From Octopus sinensis (Eukaryota): DNA of 64,000 nt. The notes beneath the pieces are model-generated. The model did no database searches. It saw only the letters and a list, made by a program, of their open reading frames with translations, and was not told where the DNA came from. Each line of letters begins with the position of its first letter. The first letter of the stretch is position 1. Made by a program: the position numbers and the translations under genes. Below are positions 39,590-54,339 of the stretch, piece after piece. The DNA lies in assembly GCF_006345805.1 (NCBI RefSeq), contig NC_043005.1, positions 24,366,001 to 24,430,000 of the forward strand. Direction: 5' to 3'.

Positions 39590-39790
39590 ACAAATGCTTA
39601 GCGACATTTAATCCGTTTTTACGTTCAAAGTTCAAATTCAGCTGAGGTCGACTTTACCTTTCATTCCTTTGGAGGTCAATAGATAAATACGAGTTGAAGA
39701 TTGTGGTGGACGTAATCTACTTATACCCCCACCCACCTCCTTGAAATTGCTGGATTTGTGCTAAAATTTGAAACCATACTGTCCGAAGGT
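39590..39790 (+). mobile_element. Decayed SINE (family of 15618-15828)
   Basis: agttcaaattcagctgaggtcgactttacctttcattcctttggaggtcaata. Confidence 0.7.
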
Positions 39791-40451
39791 CTAACGAGTT
39801 TGTCAATTGGCCGTCTTGGTTCTATTTTTTGATTACATACACTAAGTGCATTCTTTATATTCGTTTAAAAGTTTTCTATGCATTCAGTGTTCGCTTGTCT
39901 GCTTGTTTCAACTTGTTGAACATACTCTATATCAGATAGACCTACCTATCCACTTTTTATTTCATCTTCACTTATCCTCACATACACATATAGAACGATC
40001 AACCATTAAGTAAGTAAGCTCCCGGGCTTAGCTATCTGCCCATTTCAACGCCACGCATAACACGAACCAAACAAGTAGCCAAAAGAAACCCCCTTATGAT
40101 TAATTTATACTATACACTTCAGAAAAAGAAATAACTGTTCCTTATTAATAGACAAATCCTCTTAAACCTGTGACACACCGACGATTGCGAACTTATAAAT
40201 GGGTCACTGCCACTCCAACTTCCCAATAACTGATTTAAAATTGATTTATATTCACACACGTATATAAATACATATATAGATAAGTAATTGCAAATATATA
40301 CACACTCATTCCAACAAGCATACACACACACGCACATACACACAAACATACATACATACATACATACATACATACATACATACATACATACACACATACA
40401 CACATACATACATACATACATACATACATACATACATACATACATACAAAC

Positions 40452-40482
<31 letters not shown>

Positions 40483-40844
40483 CATACACACATACAAACT
40501 TACATACATAGTTACAATTGTGCTCCGCGTGGAGTTTGCTAATGAAAAGTTTTAAAGTGAGTTACCACTAGTTCACAGATAATAATAGAACCCTTATACT
40601 TAAGCTACACTATATCACGTCGGTTCTATCACGTCACGTTTTGTTACAAACCAATGATTTGGTGAGAGACTAGCGAACTTCTTGGAACGCTAAACAATCT
40701 CAAATATCTATCGTATGCTGAATTTTATTAACAGCTTTTACTTATATAAAGATACAGTCGTAATTTGCCTGTTTTTGATAGGAATCAAAGGTTGTGTGGG
40801 TGTATGTTACTGTGCGCTTGTTCAGTGTGTACGTGCATATTCAC

Positions 40845-41652
<808 letters not shown>

Positions 41653-41881
41653 CCCTGTGATTGATAGTGCATTACTGTGCGTCGTTGCCTGATAGCCATT
41701 TCTACGGAGATCGCTATCGTGCAGGACACAATTTACTCGAATAACAATTGGTCTGAAATACCGTGCGTGACTGAAGGCAGTTTCTTAGTTTTGTCCCTAG
41801 AGTTCATCAACATGTGAGTGTATACCTATATATATTATGTGCATGTGTGTGTGTGCCTATGAGTGTTTGTGTGTGTGTAAC

Positions 41882-41914
<33 letters not shown>

Positions 41915-41920
<6 letters not shown>

Positions 41921-42399
41921 TAGAAGAAATGAGGTACTCGGAAATCTGGATGGTTTTATATTTACAGGTATTTATTAGTATGTTACATGTTTTTATAAAT
42001 TATATATCATATATAAGCGCTTTCGTCCACTCTAGTGGAGTTGTCAAATTGCACTTTTGTAGGAATTTTGTCTCTTTTTATAGTATTATTGAGTATGTAG
42101 GGGGGAGATATAAGAGAGTACAAGAGGGTGAGGAATGCGGAGAAAGTGAGAGAGAGCACACGCGTGCGCATGTGTGTATGTGTGTGTGATTGTACCTGAA
42201 TGTAGTGTTAAAGAAAAAGAGAAGGAAAGGAAGATGGCGAGAAAGAAGAAAAAATTTGTTGATATCTTTGCAGCTGGTCAGTCTTTCAATAGTAAATGAT
42301 CCTTGGCTTTTAGAAATGGCAAACCCAGCTGGTCACTCCAAGGAAGGGGGGGTAATGTCACTTTTCAAAAAACTGTCTGGATTTCTTTAATCATTGTCT

Positions 42400-42435
<36 letters not shown>

Positions 42436-43516
42436 TGTGTGTGTATGTGCGCGCCTATGTGGGGGGTCTGTGTATCTGAAGAGAATGAAAGGAAAGAGGA
42501 GGAAAGAAAGAAGAAAAAATGTGTTTACATTTTTGCAGCTGGTCAATCTTTCAATAGTAAATGATTCTTGGTTTTTAGAAATGGCAAACCCAGCTGGTCA
42601 GTCTTTCAATAGTAAATGATTCTTGGCTTTTAGAAATGGCAAACCCAGCTGGTCACTTCAAGGGGTGCAAAATGTTACTTCCCAAAACATTGTCTGGATT
42701 TCTTTTTATCATTGTTTTGTGTGTGAGAGAGAGAGAGAGAGAGTGTGTGCGTGTATGTGTGTGTGTGTATGTGCGCGCGTGTGTGTGTATGTATGCGTAT
42801 GTGTGTATGTGCGCGTGTGTGTGTGGGTGCATGTGTATCTGAAATGGGTGTCGATGAAGAAGGGAAGAAAGAAGAAAGAGAAGAAAAAGAAATAATTGTG
42901 TTGATATTTATACCACTGTTCAGTTCTTTCAATTTAATGTTTGATTCCTGTGATGATATGGGTTGGATAATCTGGATGAAAGATTGCTTTTATTTATGTA
43001 TATGTACATATGTGTAGTACTCTGTGTGTGTGTGCGTTTAATACAATTCAATTTACAAAATTTGTAGATGGTAGATGTGGGATCTGCAGTAACCCCACCT
43101 ACAAATATATAGAGGGAGACAAACAAATAAAATTTAAGAGTGGTCACATATTCAAAGTAAATGCAGACATGAACTGCAAGACGCGGAACGTAATATACTG
43201 CATAACCTGCCCCACACGCAAAGAGAATTATATAGGTGTAACTGGAACTTCTTTATGCCAACGAGCCAGAATTCACCGACAACAGGTCCGACAGGAGGAA
43301 GTGCGAAAAATTCCACTGAGTTAACACCTAGATAGATGTGGAGAAGGAAAATTTAAGATCTTTCCCTTCTATAAATGTCCAAATAATGACACCTCCTTCA
43401 TGAGAAATATGGAAAAATACTTCATAACAAAGTTCTCCCCCAAATTGAATGGCTGAAAATATTTGTATAATAATTTGTACTAGATGAAGGACCAGTTTTG
43501 TAAAGTAAATTGTATT

Positions 43517-43556
<40 letters not shown>

Positions 43557-43813
43557 CTACACGTATGTACATATGCATAAATAAAAACAATTTTTCATCC
43601 AGATTCTCCAACTCATATCAGCACAGGAATCAAACATTGGATTGAAAGAACTGAACAGCGGTATAATTTTGTCAACACAATTATTCCTTCTTCTCTTTCT
43701 TCTTTCTTCCCTTCTCCATCGACACCCCTTTCAGGTACACAGGCACCCAGACACACAAACGCACATACACACACACAAACGCACATACACACACACATAC
43801 ACAGACATACACA

Positions 43814-43856
<43 letters not shown>

Positions 43857-44567
43857 ACACACACACACACACAAAACAATGATAGATAGAAATCCAGACA
43901 ATATTTTGAGAAGTGACATTTTGCCTCCCTTGAAGTGACCAGTTGGGTTTGCCATTTCTAAAAGCCAAGAATCATTTACTATTGAAAGACTGACCAGCTG
44001 GGTTTGCCATTTCTAAAAACCAAGAATCATTTACTATTGAAAGATTGACCAGCTGCAAAAATGTAAACGCATTTTTTTCTTCTTTCTTTCGTCCTCCTTC
44101 CTTTCGTTCCCTTTTCCATTTGACGCTCCTTTCAGATACACAGACACCTACACACACACACACACACACTCTCTCTCTCTCTCTCTCTCTCACACAAGAC
44201 AATGATAAAGACTGACCAGCTGCAAAGATATCAACAATTTTCTTTCTTTTGTCTCCTTCTTCCTTTCCTTCTCTTTTTCTTTAACACCCTTTCAGATACA
44301 AACACGCGCGCGCGCGTGATCTCTATCACTTTCTCCGCATTCCTCACCCTCTTGTATTCTCTAATATCTCTCCTCACAACTACACACTCAATAATACTAT
44401 AAAAAGAGACAAAATTCCTGCAAAGGTGCAATTTGACAACTGCATTAGAGAGGGCGAAAGCGCTGTATATATGATATATGATTTATAACAACATGTAACA
44501 TACTAATAAATATCTGTAAATATAAAACCATCCAGATTTCTGAGTACCTCATTTCTTCAAATATATA
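41915..44567 (+). mobile_element. Neptune-like PLE 3' end with an inverted copy of its ~1.1-kb 3' UTR
   Basis: Arms 41915-43060 and 43496-44567 are diverged reverse complements; the spacer encodes a GIY-YIG domain. Confidence 0.85.
43061..43456 (+). pseudogene. GIY-YIG endonuclease domain of a Neptune-like PLE
   Basis: CGICSNP..KYI..KFKSGHIFKV...NCKTRNVIYCITCPTRKENYIGVTG..L..R..IHRQQ..IPLS*HLDRCG..FKIFPFYK..EKYFITKFSPKLNG*. Confidence 0.88.
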
Positions 44568-44672
44568 ATACCTGTACATCATCTCCAAACTTTCTAATAT
44601 ATATATTTATGGGGAGTGAGTGGGTGGGGGTAGGGTGGTTTGGGGGGGTTGTGTGAGTGGGTGTATATGTGT

Positions 44673-44702
<30 letters not shown>

Positions 44703-44703
<1 letters not shown>

Positions 44704-45000
44704 AAGGCGCATGGCTTAGTGATTAGAGAATCGAGCTTATGTTCGTGAGGTTGTGAGTTCGAATCCCAGACCGTGCTGCGTGTTGTGTTCTTGAACAGAA
44801 CACTTCATTTCACGTTGTATAAGTTCACTCAGCTGTAGAAATTAGCTGTGACATCACTGGTGCCAAGCTGTATCGGCCCTGGCCTTTTCCTTGGATAGCA
44901 TTGGTGGCGTGGAGAGGGGAGGCTGGTATGCATGGGTGACTTTTGGCCTTCCACAAACAACCTTGCCCAGACTTGTGCCTTGGAGGTGCAATCCCATGGA
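44703..45000 (+). mobile_element. tRNA-derived SINE (head shared with 59654-59972)
   Basis: gaaggcgcatggcttagtgattag..gtgagttcgaatccc head plus conserved body. Confidence 0.82.
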
Positions 45001-45061
45001 CATTCATGACCGAAGGGGGTCACCTTATGTATGGGGGGATCGATGTCTCTCTCTTTTTCTT

Positions 45062-45099
<38 letters not shown>

Positions 45100-45104
45100 C
45101 CTCT

Positions 45105-45268
45105 TTCTGTGGGTGTGTGGTTAGAAGCATGTATCCCAACAATATGGTTCCAGGTTCAGTCCCTTTACGTGGCTCCTGGGGCAAATGTCTTCTACTCTAG
45201 CCTCGGGTCGACCGAAGCCTTGTGAGTGGGTTTGGTAGACAGAAACTGAAAGAAGCCCGTGGTATGAA

Positions 45269-45336
<68 letters not shown>

Positions 45337-45622
45337 TACACATACATATATGTATGTATGTATGTTTATACACATACATATATATGTGTGTGTATGTCTT
45401 TTTGTGCGTCTGTCTTTGAGGCTAGCATCGCTTGACAACCGATGTTGGTGTGTTTACGTCCTAGTAACTTAGCGAATGATAGAATAAGTACTACGTCTTC
45501 GTAACCTAGAGAACGATAGAATAAATACTAGGCTTACAAAGAATAAGTCCTGGGATCGATTTGTTCGACTAAAGGCGATGCTCCACCATGGCCACAGTCA
45601 AATGACTGAAACGAATAAAAGA
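45105..45622 (+). mobile_element. tRNA-derived SINE (5545 family) with an internal tandem duplication of gatagaataagtacta
   Basis: Homology to 5545-6012. Confidence 0.88.
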
Positions 45623-45659
45623 ATATATATATATATACATGTATATATGTATGTATGTA

Positions 45660-45845
45660 TATTACTTGTTTCAGTCATTAGACTGCGACCATGCTGGGAC
45701 ACCATCTTGAAGAATTTCAGTGGGTTGGGTTGATCTCAGTACTTAGTACTAGTTTTGAAATCCCGGTTCTTGTTCCATCGGTGCCTTTTGCTGAACTGCT
45801 AGTGCACAGGCATAAACACACCAACACCGGTTGTCAGGCGGTGCA
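45660..45845 (-). mobile_element. 3' half of a 5545-family SINE
   Basis: ttgtttcagtcatt.gactgcg.ccatgctgg..caccaacaccggttgtcaggcggtg. Confidence 0.75.
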
Positions 45846-45997
45846 AACACGTAGACACACACATGTACACATACACACATAGACACGCACACATAAACAC
45901 ACACACACACACACATATTGCAAGGCTCCAAAGACTCTAGCAAGTAAGATACACGTCCGGACAGACAGGCAAGCATGCAAACGAACCTTATAACATA

Positions 45998-46413
45998 TTT
46001 ATTTCTTTATTGCCACAAGGGGCTAAACATAGAGGGGACAAACAAGGACAAAGGGATTAAGTCGATTGCATCGATCCCCAGTGCGTAACTGGTGCTTATT
46101 TAATCGACTCCGAAAGGATGAAAGGCAAAGTCAACCTCAGCGGAATTTGAATTCAGATCGTAACGGTAGACGTAATACCTATTTCTTTACTACCCACAAG
46201 GGACTAAACACAGAGGGGACAAACAAGGACAGATAAACGGATTAAGTCGATTACATCGACCCCAGTGCGTAACTGGTACTTATTTAATCGACTCCGAAAG
46301 GATGAAAGGCAAAGTAGACCTCGGCGGAATTTGAACTCAGAACGTAGAGGCAGACGAAACACGGCTACGCATTTCGCCCGGCGTGCTAACGTTTCCGCCA
46401 GCTTGTCGCCTTA
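45998..46413 (-). mobile_element. Dimeric SINE (one head, two bodies), same family as the 32.6-33.3 kb array
   Basis: Junction gtaatacctatttc at 46172; head ends at 46413. Confidence 0.92.
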
Positions 46414-48267
46414 GTTATGTTGATTATTGAACCATAAATGAAAGCATCCGAAAGAAATGAAAAGTATTAAACGCTGGAAGATGATTTTTTCATTTAGTAT
46501 CTGAAACGTGGTACATTTTATGTAAGCAATCAGAACAAAAGCTTTCGCTTTCGTCTGGTCACTGCACTGAATGTTTGGTTCTTGTGTTTACTTTGACTTG
46601 CCTTTTCTATAAATTTTTTGTTAAAGTAATGTATCATGGGAAACGTCAGCTGCAATACTTGGAAATTGATGTTTTGATTAAATTCTAAAACACCGTAATA
46701 ATAGAATCTATAAAATACATCTATTTCTCAACAATTTGATTTATTTAACAATAAAATTTTCAAATGTTGTTATCGCTAATTATTATCTATTTGCTTATCA
46801 ATTTATTCGTATTTTCCTTTAATATCAGCGAATTGCAAATATCTTATAATATTATTAGATATTTATAATTTGATATTAAAATTATTCATAAAATATTAGG
46901 GCTATTTTTTTTTCGGGCTTCGTAAGTTTACAGAGCATACGTTTTAATTCTAGTTTATTTAACTGAAGGCAGGTGAAATATATCTTCTCCAGTTCATCCC
47001 GGGTACGAAGCGCAACCCATATCATAATCTTTCCATGTGAAGAGTTAAAATTCAATACTGCAAGGCAATAACATTTTTGTCATTCATCTCAATAGATTCG
47101 CTCTCACGAAAACCCATTCTTTGTGGAAATGAACAGGCAACATTGCAACACCACGGATGCAACACAAGCCATCAAAAACTAGGCTGGTTCTCGCTTTCTC
47201 TCTTTTTCTCTCTTTCTCTCTTTTTCCCTCTCCTTCTCTTTCTCGTTCTCTCCCTACCAATCTATTTAACAATCTACTCCCCCACTCGTTGTAGTTTGAG
47301 TTCCATGTCTTAATTAGTGGTTAATGAAATACTCATGAGGTTAGACTTGATTAGTCCTCCTAGGTTTTTTTATGAGGATGAAAATTTAAAAGCAGCTTCC
47401 TGTTAAGAGAAATGACTATTGTGTGAGAGCATGAATATTAATGAGCTAAACCGAGTTTTGTCTTTTAGTGTACATGAGACAAAAAGAAAAGAAATAAAAG
47501 CATGGAAGGCGAGTCGAGAAACGAAATTGGGGGGGAAGAAGACGATAAAAATTAGAAAAGTAGGGGTGTTGAAATAGAAACCACCCAGTTAATTAGATAT
47601 AATATACGAATACACACTCTTGCATACGTGTAAATATATTTAAGTAACATGCCGAACACACGTTAATTAATAAGATGTAGTAAGGAGAAAGAAGCTCTTA
47701 TAAATTGACATGCGAAGATGTTAGTAGGTCTATTTAGCCGGGTAGTGATATTGCGATCTACTCACACCATAAGCATTTATTAAAAGTGTCTACATTTTCA
47801 GAATATATTTTTTATGCGATCAGAAATTTGAAGCTTCATTTCTTCAAAGTTCATATTCTTAATTCAAGTTTTATCATCCATTTGATGCAATTGGAATATA
47901 TTTCGTTAAACTGTCAGAGTAAATTGTTAATATCGTCTTATCCCACTTTTCAATGTGTATAAAATTATGATTATGATATTAGTTTGTTCAAATTTTACTT
48001 CGTTTATGCTTATGTAGCGTTTATGTACTACATTGATGGTAAATTTAATGATTTCTACACCACAAAGCGTAGTAATATGTGTGTGTTAACGTTTCTCTTT
48101 GTTTCTGGAGAGGGGTAAAATATTACGGCTCCACGTATTAGCTTGAAAGAGAGGCGAAGAAGGGGGATATAAGTAACTTTATATTTGAAGTAACTTGCTT
48201 TTAAAGTATTATCGTTATAAGAAACCGCCTTATCACAGACTTAGTTATTTGATTATAAATTGGATAT

Positions 48268-49098
48268 TCGGATCTTTTCCTTTTGAGCGGCAGACAATTT
48301 CTAGTTAACTAAACACTTTAAAACTTCCTATACTGGTAGAATGTGTCAAAATAAAACATTTTTTTTTTCTCTTGGCTTTCTTGAGAAAATTGTAATTTGT
48401 TTGTTTAACGTAGTTTAATTTTTCGAATTTTAACCAATCCTATACTCTCTTTTGAGCTAAAATCATTTGCTGCGTCTAAAACTGAGAAAAAATCCTGTAA
48501 CTAACTCTAAACCTCCCCCTAACTCTAACCCTAACCCTAATTTTTTTTTCTTAATTGTTAAATTAATTTAATTGTTACGCGTGTAAAAAAACTAAAGCAA
48601 TGGAAAATAATTTAAACAATTAACAAACAAAATGATTCTATAATTTTATACACACGCTTTCCGTAACACACGCTTTCCGTATACGTACGGAAAGCGTGTG
48701 TATAAAATTATAGAATCATTTTGTTTGTTAATTGTTTAAATTATTTTCCATTGCTTTAGTTTTTTTACATGCGTAACAATTAAATTAATTTAACAATTAA
48801 GCAAAAAAGAATTTAGGGTTAGGGTTAGGGTTAGGGGAAGGTTTAGGGTTAGTTACAGGATGTTGTCTCAGTTTTAGACGCAGCAAATGATTTTAGTTCA
48901 ATGGAGGTAATCGATTGGTTAAAATTGCCGAAATGCTCGGAATTTCAGACGAAATATCTTACAAACTATAGAATTTTCTCAATAAAACCAAGAGAAAATG
49001 ATGCTTTATAAACACATTCTACCAGTATACGAAGTTTAAAACTTCTTAGTTACCTAGAAATTATGTTATAAACTGCCGCTCAAAAGGAAAAGACCCGG
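48268..49098. mobile_element. 831-bp near-palindromic fold-back element with (TTAGGG)n in each arm
   Basis: Ends .cgg.tcttttccttttgagcggcag / ctgccgctcaaaaggaaaagacccgg flanked by ATAT; centre about 48683; ccctaa repeats near 48500-48540 and ttaggg repeats near 48815-48852. Confidence 0.88.
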
Positions 49099-49704
49099 AT
49101 ATTCTTCTACTGATGTTGCTGGTAATGTTTCTAAAGCTACAGGTGGGTGGCGGAAGACTGTTGATACTTAAATTTTTCACTTGGTTTGTTAAATGGTTTA
49201 TATAAGTTAGTTGCTATATCTAGGAAATTATTTAGCTTAAATCTTTAATCCGAAAGTAACGAATACGTCCTTAAGTTTTGTTTTTTTGATGTGTTTAATG
49301 TATCTGGATATAACTTATAGTCTTTATATGGGAAGAAATCTATTGAAGTAAAGTTTTGTTTAGTATCTAGAAAATATTCTGCAAGGTCAGATACCTCCAT
49401 GGTAAGGTCCTTTCTTTAATTGACTCGAAAGAATGATCAGATGTCTTTATCAACACGTTGTTTTTTTTCAGTTTTCATAATAATCTCAATTCCGTAATCA
49501 TTTATAGTATATGTGTTAACAAATTGTAGGACACTACGTGGTGTGGACTGTAGGATAATATTTGGCAATATGGCAGTTGATAGATTTAGAGTTATGTTCA
49601 ATTACTAAACCTACCAAATTCTGTGTCACTGTAATTTTACAGTTTCAAAAGTTTAGCATTTCACCTAATGACGTCATTGAAGTTAAATATTTGTTACCAG
49701 CTAA

Positions 49705-50104
49705 TCTATATATATAAAAGTGAAGTTGTGTGAGTGTCTGTCTCCTACGATTTAGATTCCTAACTACTCCCACATTTTGCGGTGCAGTTTAACCAAAACC
49801 GGGTATCTTATAGTCGTGATTCATATCGAGCCCTTCTGGGTATTAGCGCGCATCTACGATGAGTCTACGATTTTAAAAATAATTTACCATAATTTTTTTC
49901 CATTTTAAAGAATATTTTTTAAATAAAGGGAAGTAACTCTCTAAAAATGTCTACGATGAGTCAACGATTTAAAAAAAAATTTACCATAATTTTTTTTCCA
50001 TTTTTAATGCATGCATTTTTTGCTGTTTTTTGGCTATAACTCTCTAAAAATGCTTTATAGTTATTTCCCTTACAAACCCGAGCAACGCCGGGCGATACTG
50101 CTAG
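49705..50104 (+). mobile_element. Non-autonomous Helitron
   Basis: A|TC start, 3' hairpin cccgagcaacgccggg, CTAG|T end. Confidence 0.92.
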
Positions 50105-50382
50105 TTCATTATAAAATTTAGTTGAACTCATTGACTCATATTTAGTATTAACACTAAATTTAATTTATTGCACATAATTATAAAGTTAGCTGTGCGTTTA
50201 ACTAGAACTTCTAATCTATGGTCTGGTTTTATTTACACTGAGAGTCGCACTTGGGATTAAAAAATAAATTTATTCATTGCAGCTAATTTTGAATTAAGCA
50301 TTGCGTTTATGTGAGACTTTGTATTATCTAGTTTCATACTGCGCTCTATACATTTCTGCCTCAGTATTAAATTTATTATACA

Positions 50383-50899
50383 CTAACAGTATCGCCCGGC
50401 GTTGCTCGGGTTTGTAAGGGAAATAACTATATAAGCATTTTTAGAGAGTTACTTCCCCTATAGATGCCAATTCGGGCTTTCTTAGCCATTTCTGTTTTGG
50501 TGTCTTCAAGCCATGAAGTCGTTGTTCTAAAAGAACGCTGGTCTCCTTGACAACGCTTTACGACGTTGATTTGCTTACACTCCCTTCCCCACAGCTTCAC
50601 GAGGGAGGGAAGAAGGGGTAGAAGCAAACACAGGTGCAGGTGTTTGAGCGTGGACGCCAACTCCGCCGTCATCGACACACGAAAAGTTATGCATTAAAAT
50701 GGAATAAAAAATGATGTTAAATTATTTTTAAAATCGTAGACTCATCGTAGACGCGCGCTAATAGCCAGACGGGCTCGATATTAATCTCGACCATAAGATA
50801 CCCGAATTTGGTTAAACTGCACCGCAAGATGTGGGAGGAGTTAGGAATCTAAATCGAAGGGGAGAGACACTCACACAACTACAGTTTTATATATATAGA
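50383..50899 (-). mobile_element. Non-autonomous Helitron of the same family, with a ~230-bp extra internal segment
   Basis: A|TC start at 50899, the same hairpin, TTAG|T end at 50383; 50460-50690 is absent from the 49705 copy. Confidence 0.9.
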
Positions 50900-51314
50900 T
50901 TAGTGCAGTAGCTTCTTTTTCATGTAATTTCAGGTGAAACTATCATTGGAGATCTGTTTCTTTAAATTATTGTTTACTTCATAGATTTTATAGATTTTGT
51001 TGGAAGATATTTTTTTTGATTTGTAATTCTTAGCATGCATTAAGTTATTTCAAATTTATGCTCCATGGAACTGTCATTCCTAATAATACCATCCAAAAGA
51101 TCTATTTTTTATTAATTTCGAATTTTTACTCTTGTAAAAATTTCGAATAGTAAACACATCAATTCAGATGTATGTCTCATTAAATACTAATTTAGACACG
51201 AAACCTCGAGTAACTAACGTAGAATCAATATATATATGCGCGCGCACGCACACAAACACATACACACTATACACATATACACAACACAGATATATATATA
51301 TGTATATATATATG

Positions 51315-51345
<31 letters not shown>

Positions 51346-51349
51346 ATGT

Positions 51350-51396
<47 letters not shown>

Positions 51397-51400
51397 GTAT

Positions 51401-51502
51401 ATAAATAGTTATCGCCATACTAATATGGCATTCTTAAAAATAAGAATAAAGCTTTATTCTTATTTTGAAGAATGCCATATTAGTATGGCGATAACTATTT
51501 AT
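51401..51502. repeat. 102-bp spacerless palindrome with one mismatch
   Basis: ataaatagttatcgccatactaatatggcattctt.aaaataagaataaag|ctttattcttatttt.aagaatgccatattagtatggcgataactatttat; centre AAG|CTT at 51451/51452. Confidence 0.95.
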
Positions 51503-51559
51503 TTCCAGAAACGCTGTCGTAATCTCTTTTAAAGAGACTTAGTAATTTTAATATTTCTA

Positions 51560-51596
<37 letters not shown>

Positions 51597-51940
51597 ATAA
51601 AACGGTAAGATAACAAAAGAAAGAAAGATACCTCAATATTATGTAAATAGAGGAAATTTATCTATACAATAATATGTTACATTACTCGGTAGTCAAGATA
51701 AAACTCTGAGTTTCAGATGCCGAAGTGGAAATCCGCAACACCATCTCTTCGGTTATCTGGCTATTTGAAAACGCTATGAAAAAATACCGTTAATTAAAGG
51801 GAAATTACTGTGTTATAACTCTGCTTGCCTGCGTACTTATACATCGCTCGCATTTTTCGTCATAAAAATTATATAAAAATGCATAAAAAATATATAAAAA
51901 TATATAAATTCTTCTTGGGACATAACATAGAAAGCATGTT

Positions 51941-52790
51941 CTATTTGTTTTCTTTAGGGGACCAAAAACGTAACAGAAATTTAGTGACATGTGGGCATGA
52001 TCCGAAAAGCTCTGTCCTTGTATTTAGACATGTAGCAGGGTCTAAGCTGCTTTTCCAGATAAGCCATCTCTCCATGTCGCATAGACCGCACCTTCCGCTG
52101 CCGTTGGTATAGGGCTTACATCTGGCCAAAATCTTCCATTGTATGTTATAATCGACACCTTTATCTCTTAAAGACAAATATGATTAGATAATTGTGTCGC
52201 TTTTCTTTTGTTCCAGTGCCTAAAGCTCAAAGTGTGGTTATTGAACCTGGCCTTGAAATTACCCTCTGTAAGGCCCACGTATTTCTTCGTAAAAACGGTG
52301 TCTTTAGTGGTTATAGAGTTTACGGTAGCTTCATATATGATGGTCTTGGACATGCAAGCTCCATTTAGCGGGCACAATTCTTTATTCCTGCATGAACAGC
52401 TGTTTTCTTGTGTTTTTTGTATGTTATGTTTGATTATATTTTTAAAATTGGTAGTTGAACTAAAACTAATTTTTAAATTGTGTCTATTGAAGAGTTTCCT
52501 ATAAGTATGGTTAACTGGAAAATGTCTATCTATCAGTGCTAGGAAATATTTACCTATATTGAAGGCCACCTCGGGTGAGTAAAGGGGCGTAAACCAGATG
52601 ACCTTCCTATTTCTATTATTCCTTTTCCTTATTGTTGGGCTAGTGATAGGTGTATATTTTTTTTTTCGCTAAAACCACTATCTTTTAAAGCCTTATTATA
52701 AACTGGGGCAACGCTATTGAAGATGTCCTCATCAGAGGAGATGCTAGAAATCCTCTTACTAATATTTTAAACTAAATTTTTGAATACTAT
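51941..52790 (-). pseudogene. PLE RT-thumb/linker plus Cys-rich GIY-YIG endonuclease (possibly Hydra-type)
   Basis: ISSDEDIFNSVAPVYNKALKDSGF..VIWFTP.YS..NIGKYFL.LIDRHFP; CSCRNKELCPLNGAC..IIYEATV..YVGLTE..FKARFNNH..WKIL...CGLC...SCPH. Clade assignment is inference. Confidence 0.85.
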
Positions 52791-52904
52791 AGGGGGATGG
52801 CATGAAAAATGCGAGCGATGTATAAGTACGCAGGCAAGCAGAGTTATAACACAGTAATTTCCCTTTATTTAACGGTATTTTTTCATAGCGTTTTGAAATA
52901 GCCA

Positions 52905-52965
52905 GATAACCGAAGAGATGGTGTTGTGGATTTCCACTTCGGCATCTGAAACTCAGAGTTTTATC
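52905..52965 (+). ncRNA. Variant hammerhead-like motif (CCGAAGA core); inverted twin at 51697-51757
   Basis: GATAA-CCGAAG-AGATG...CATCT-GAAAC-TCAGA-GTT-TTATC; the core departs from canonical CUGANGA. Confidence 0.55.
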
Positions 52966-52993
52966 TTGACTACCGAGTAATGTAACATATTAT

Positions 52994-54240
<1,247 letters not shown>

Positions 54241-54274
54241 CACACACACACACCACACACACACACACATACAT

Positions 54275-54339
<65 letters not shown>

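Noticed and set aside
48500-48852. True telomere or chromosome end
   Set aside because: Only 3-5 degenerate repeats per arm, internal to a palindromic element.
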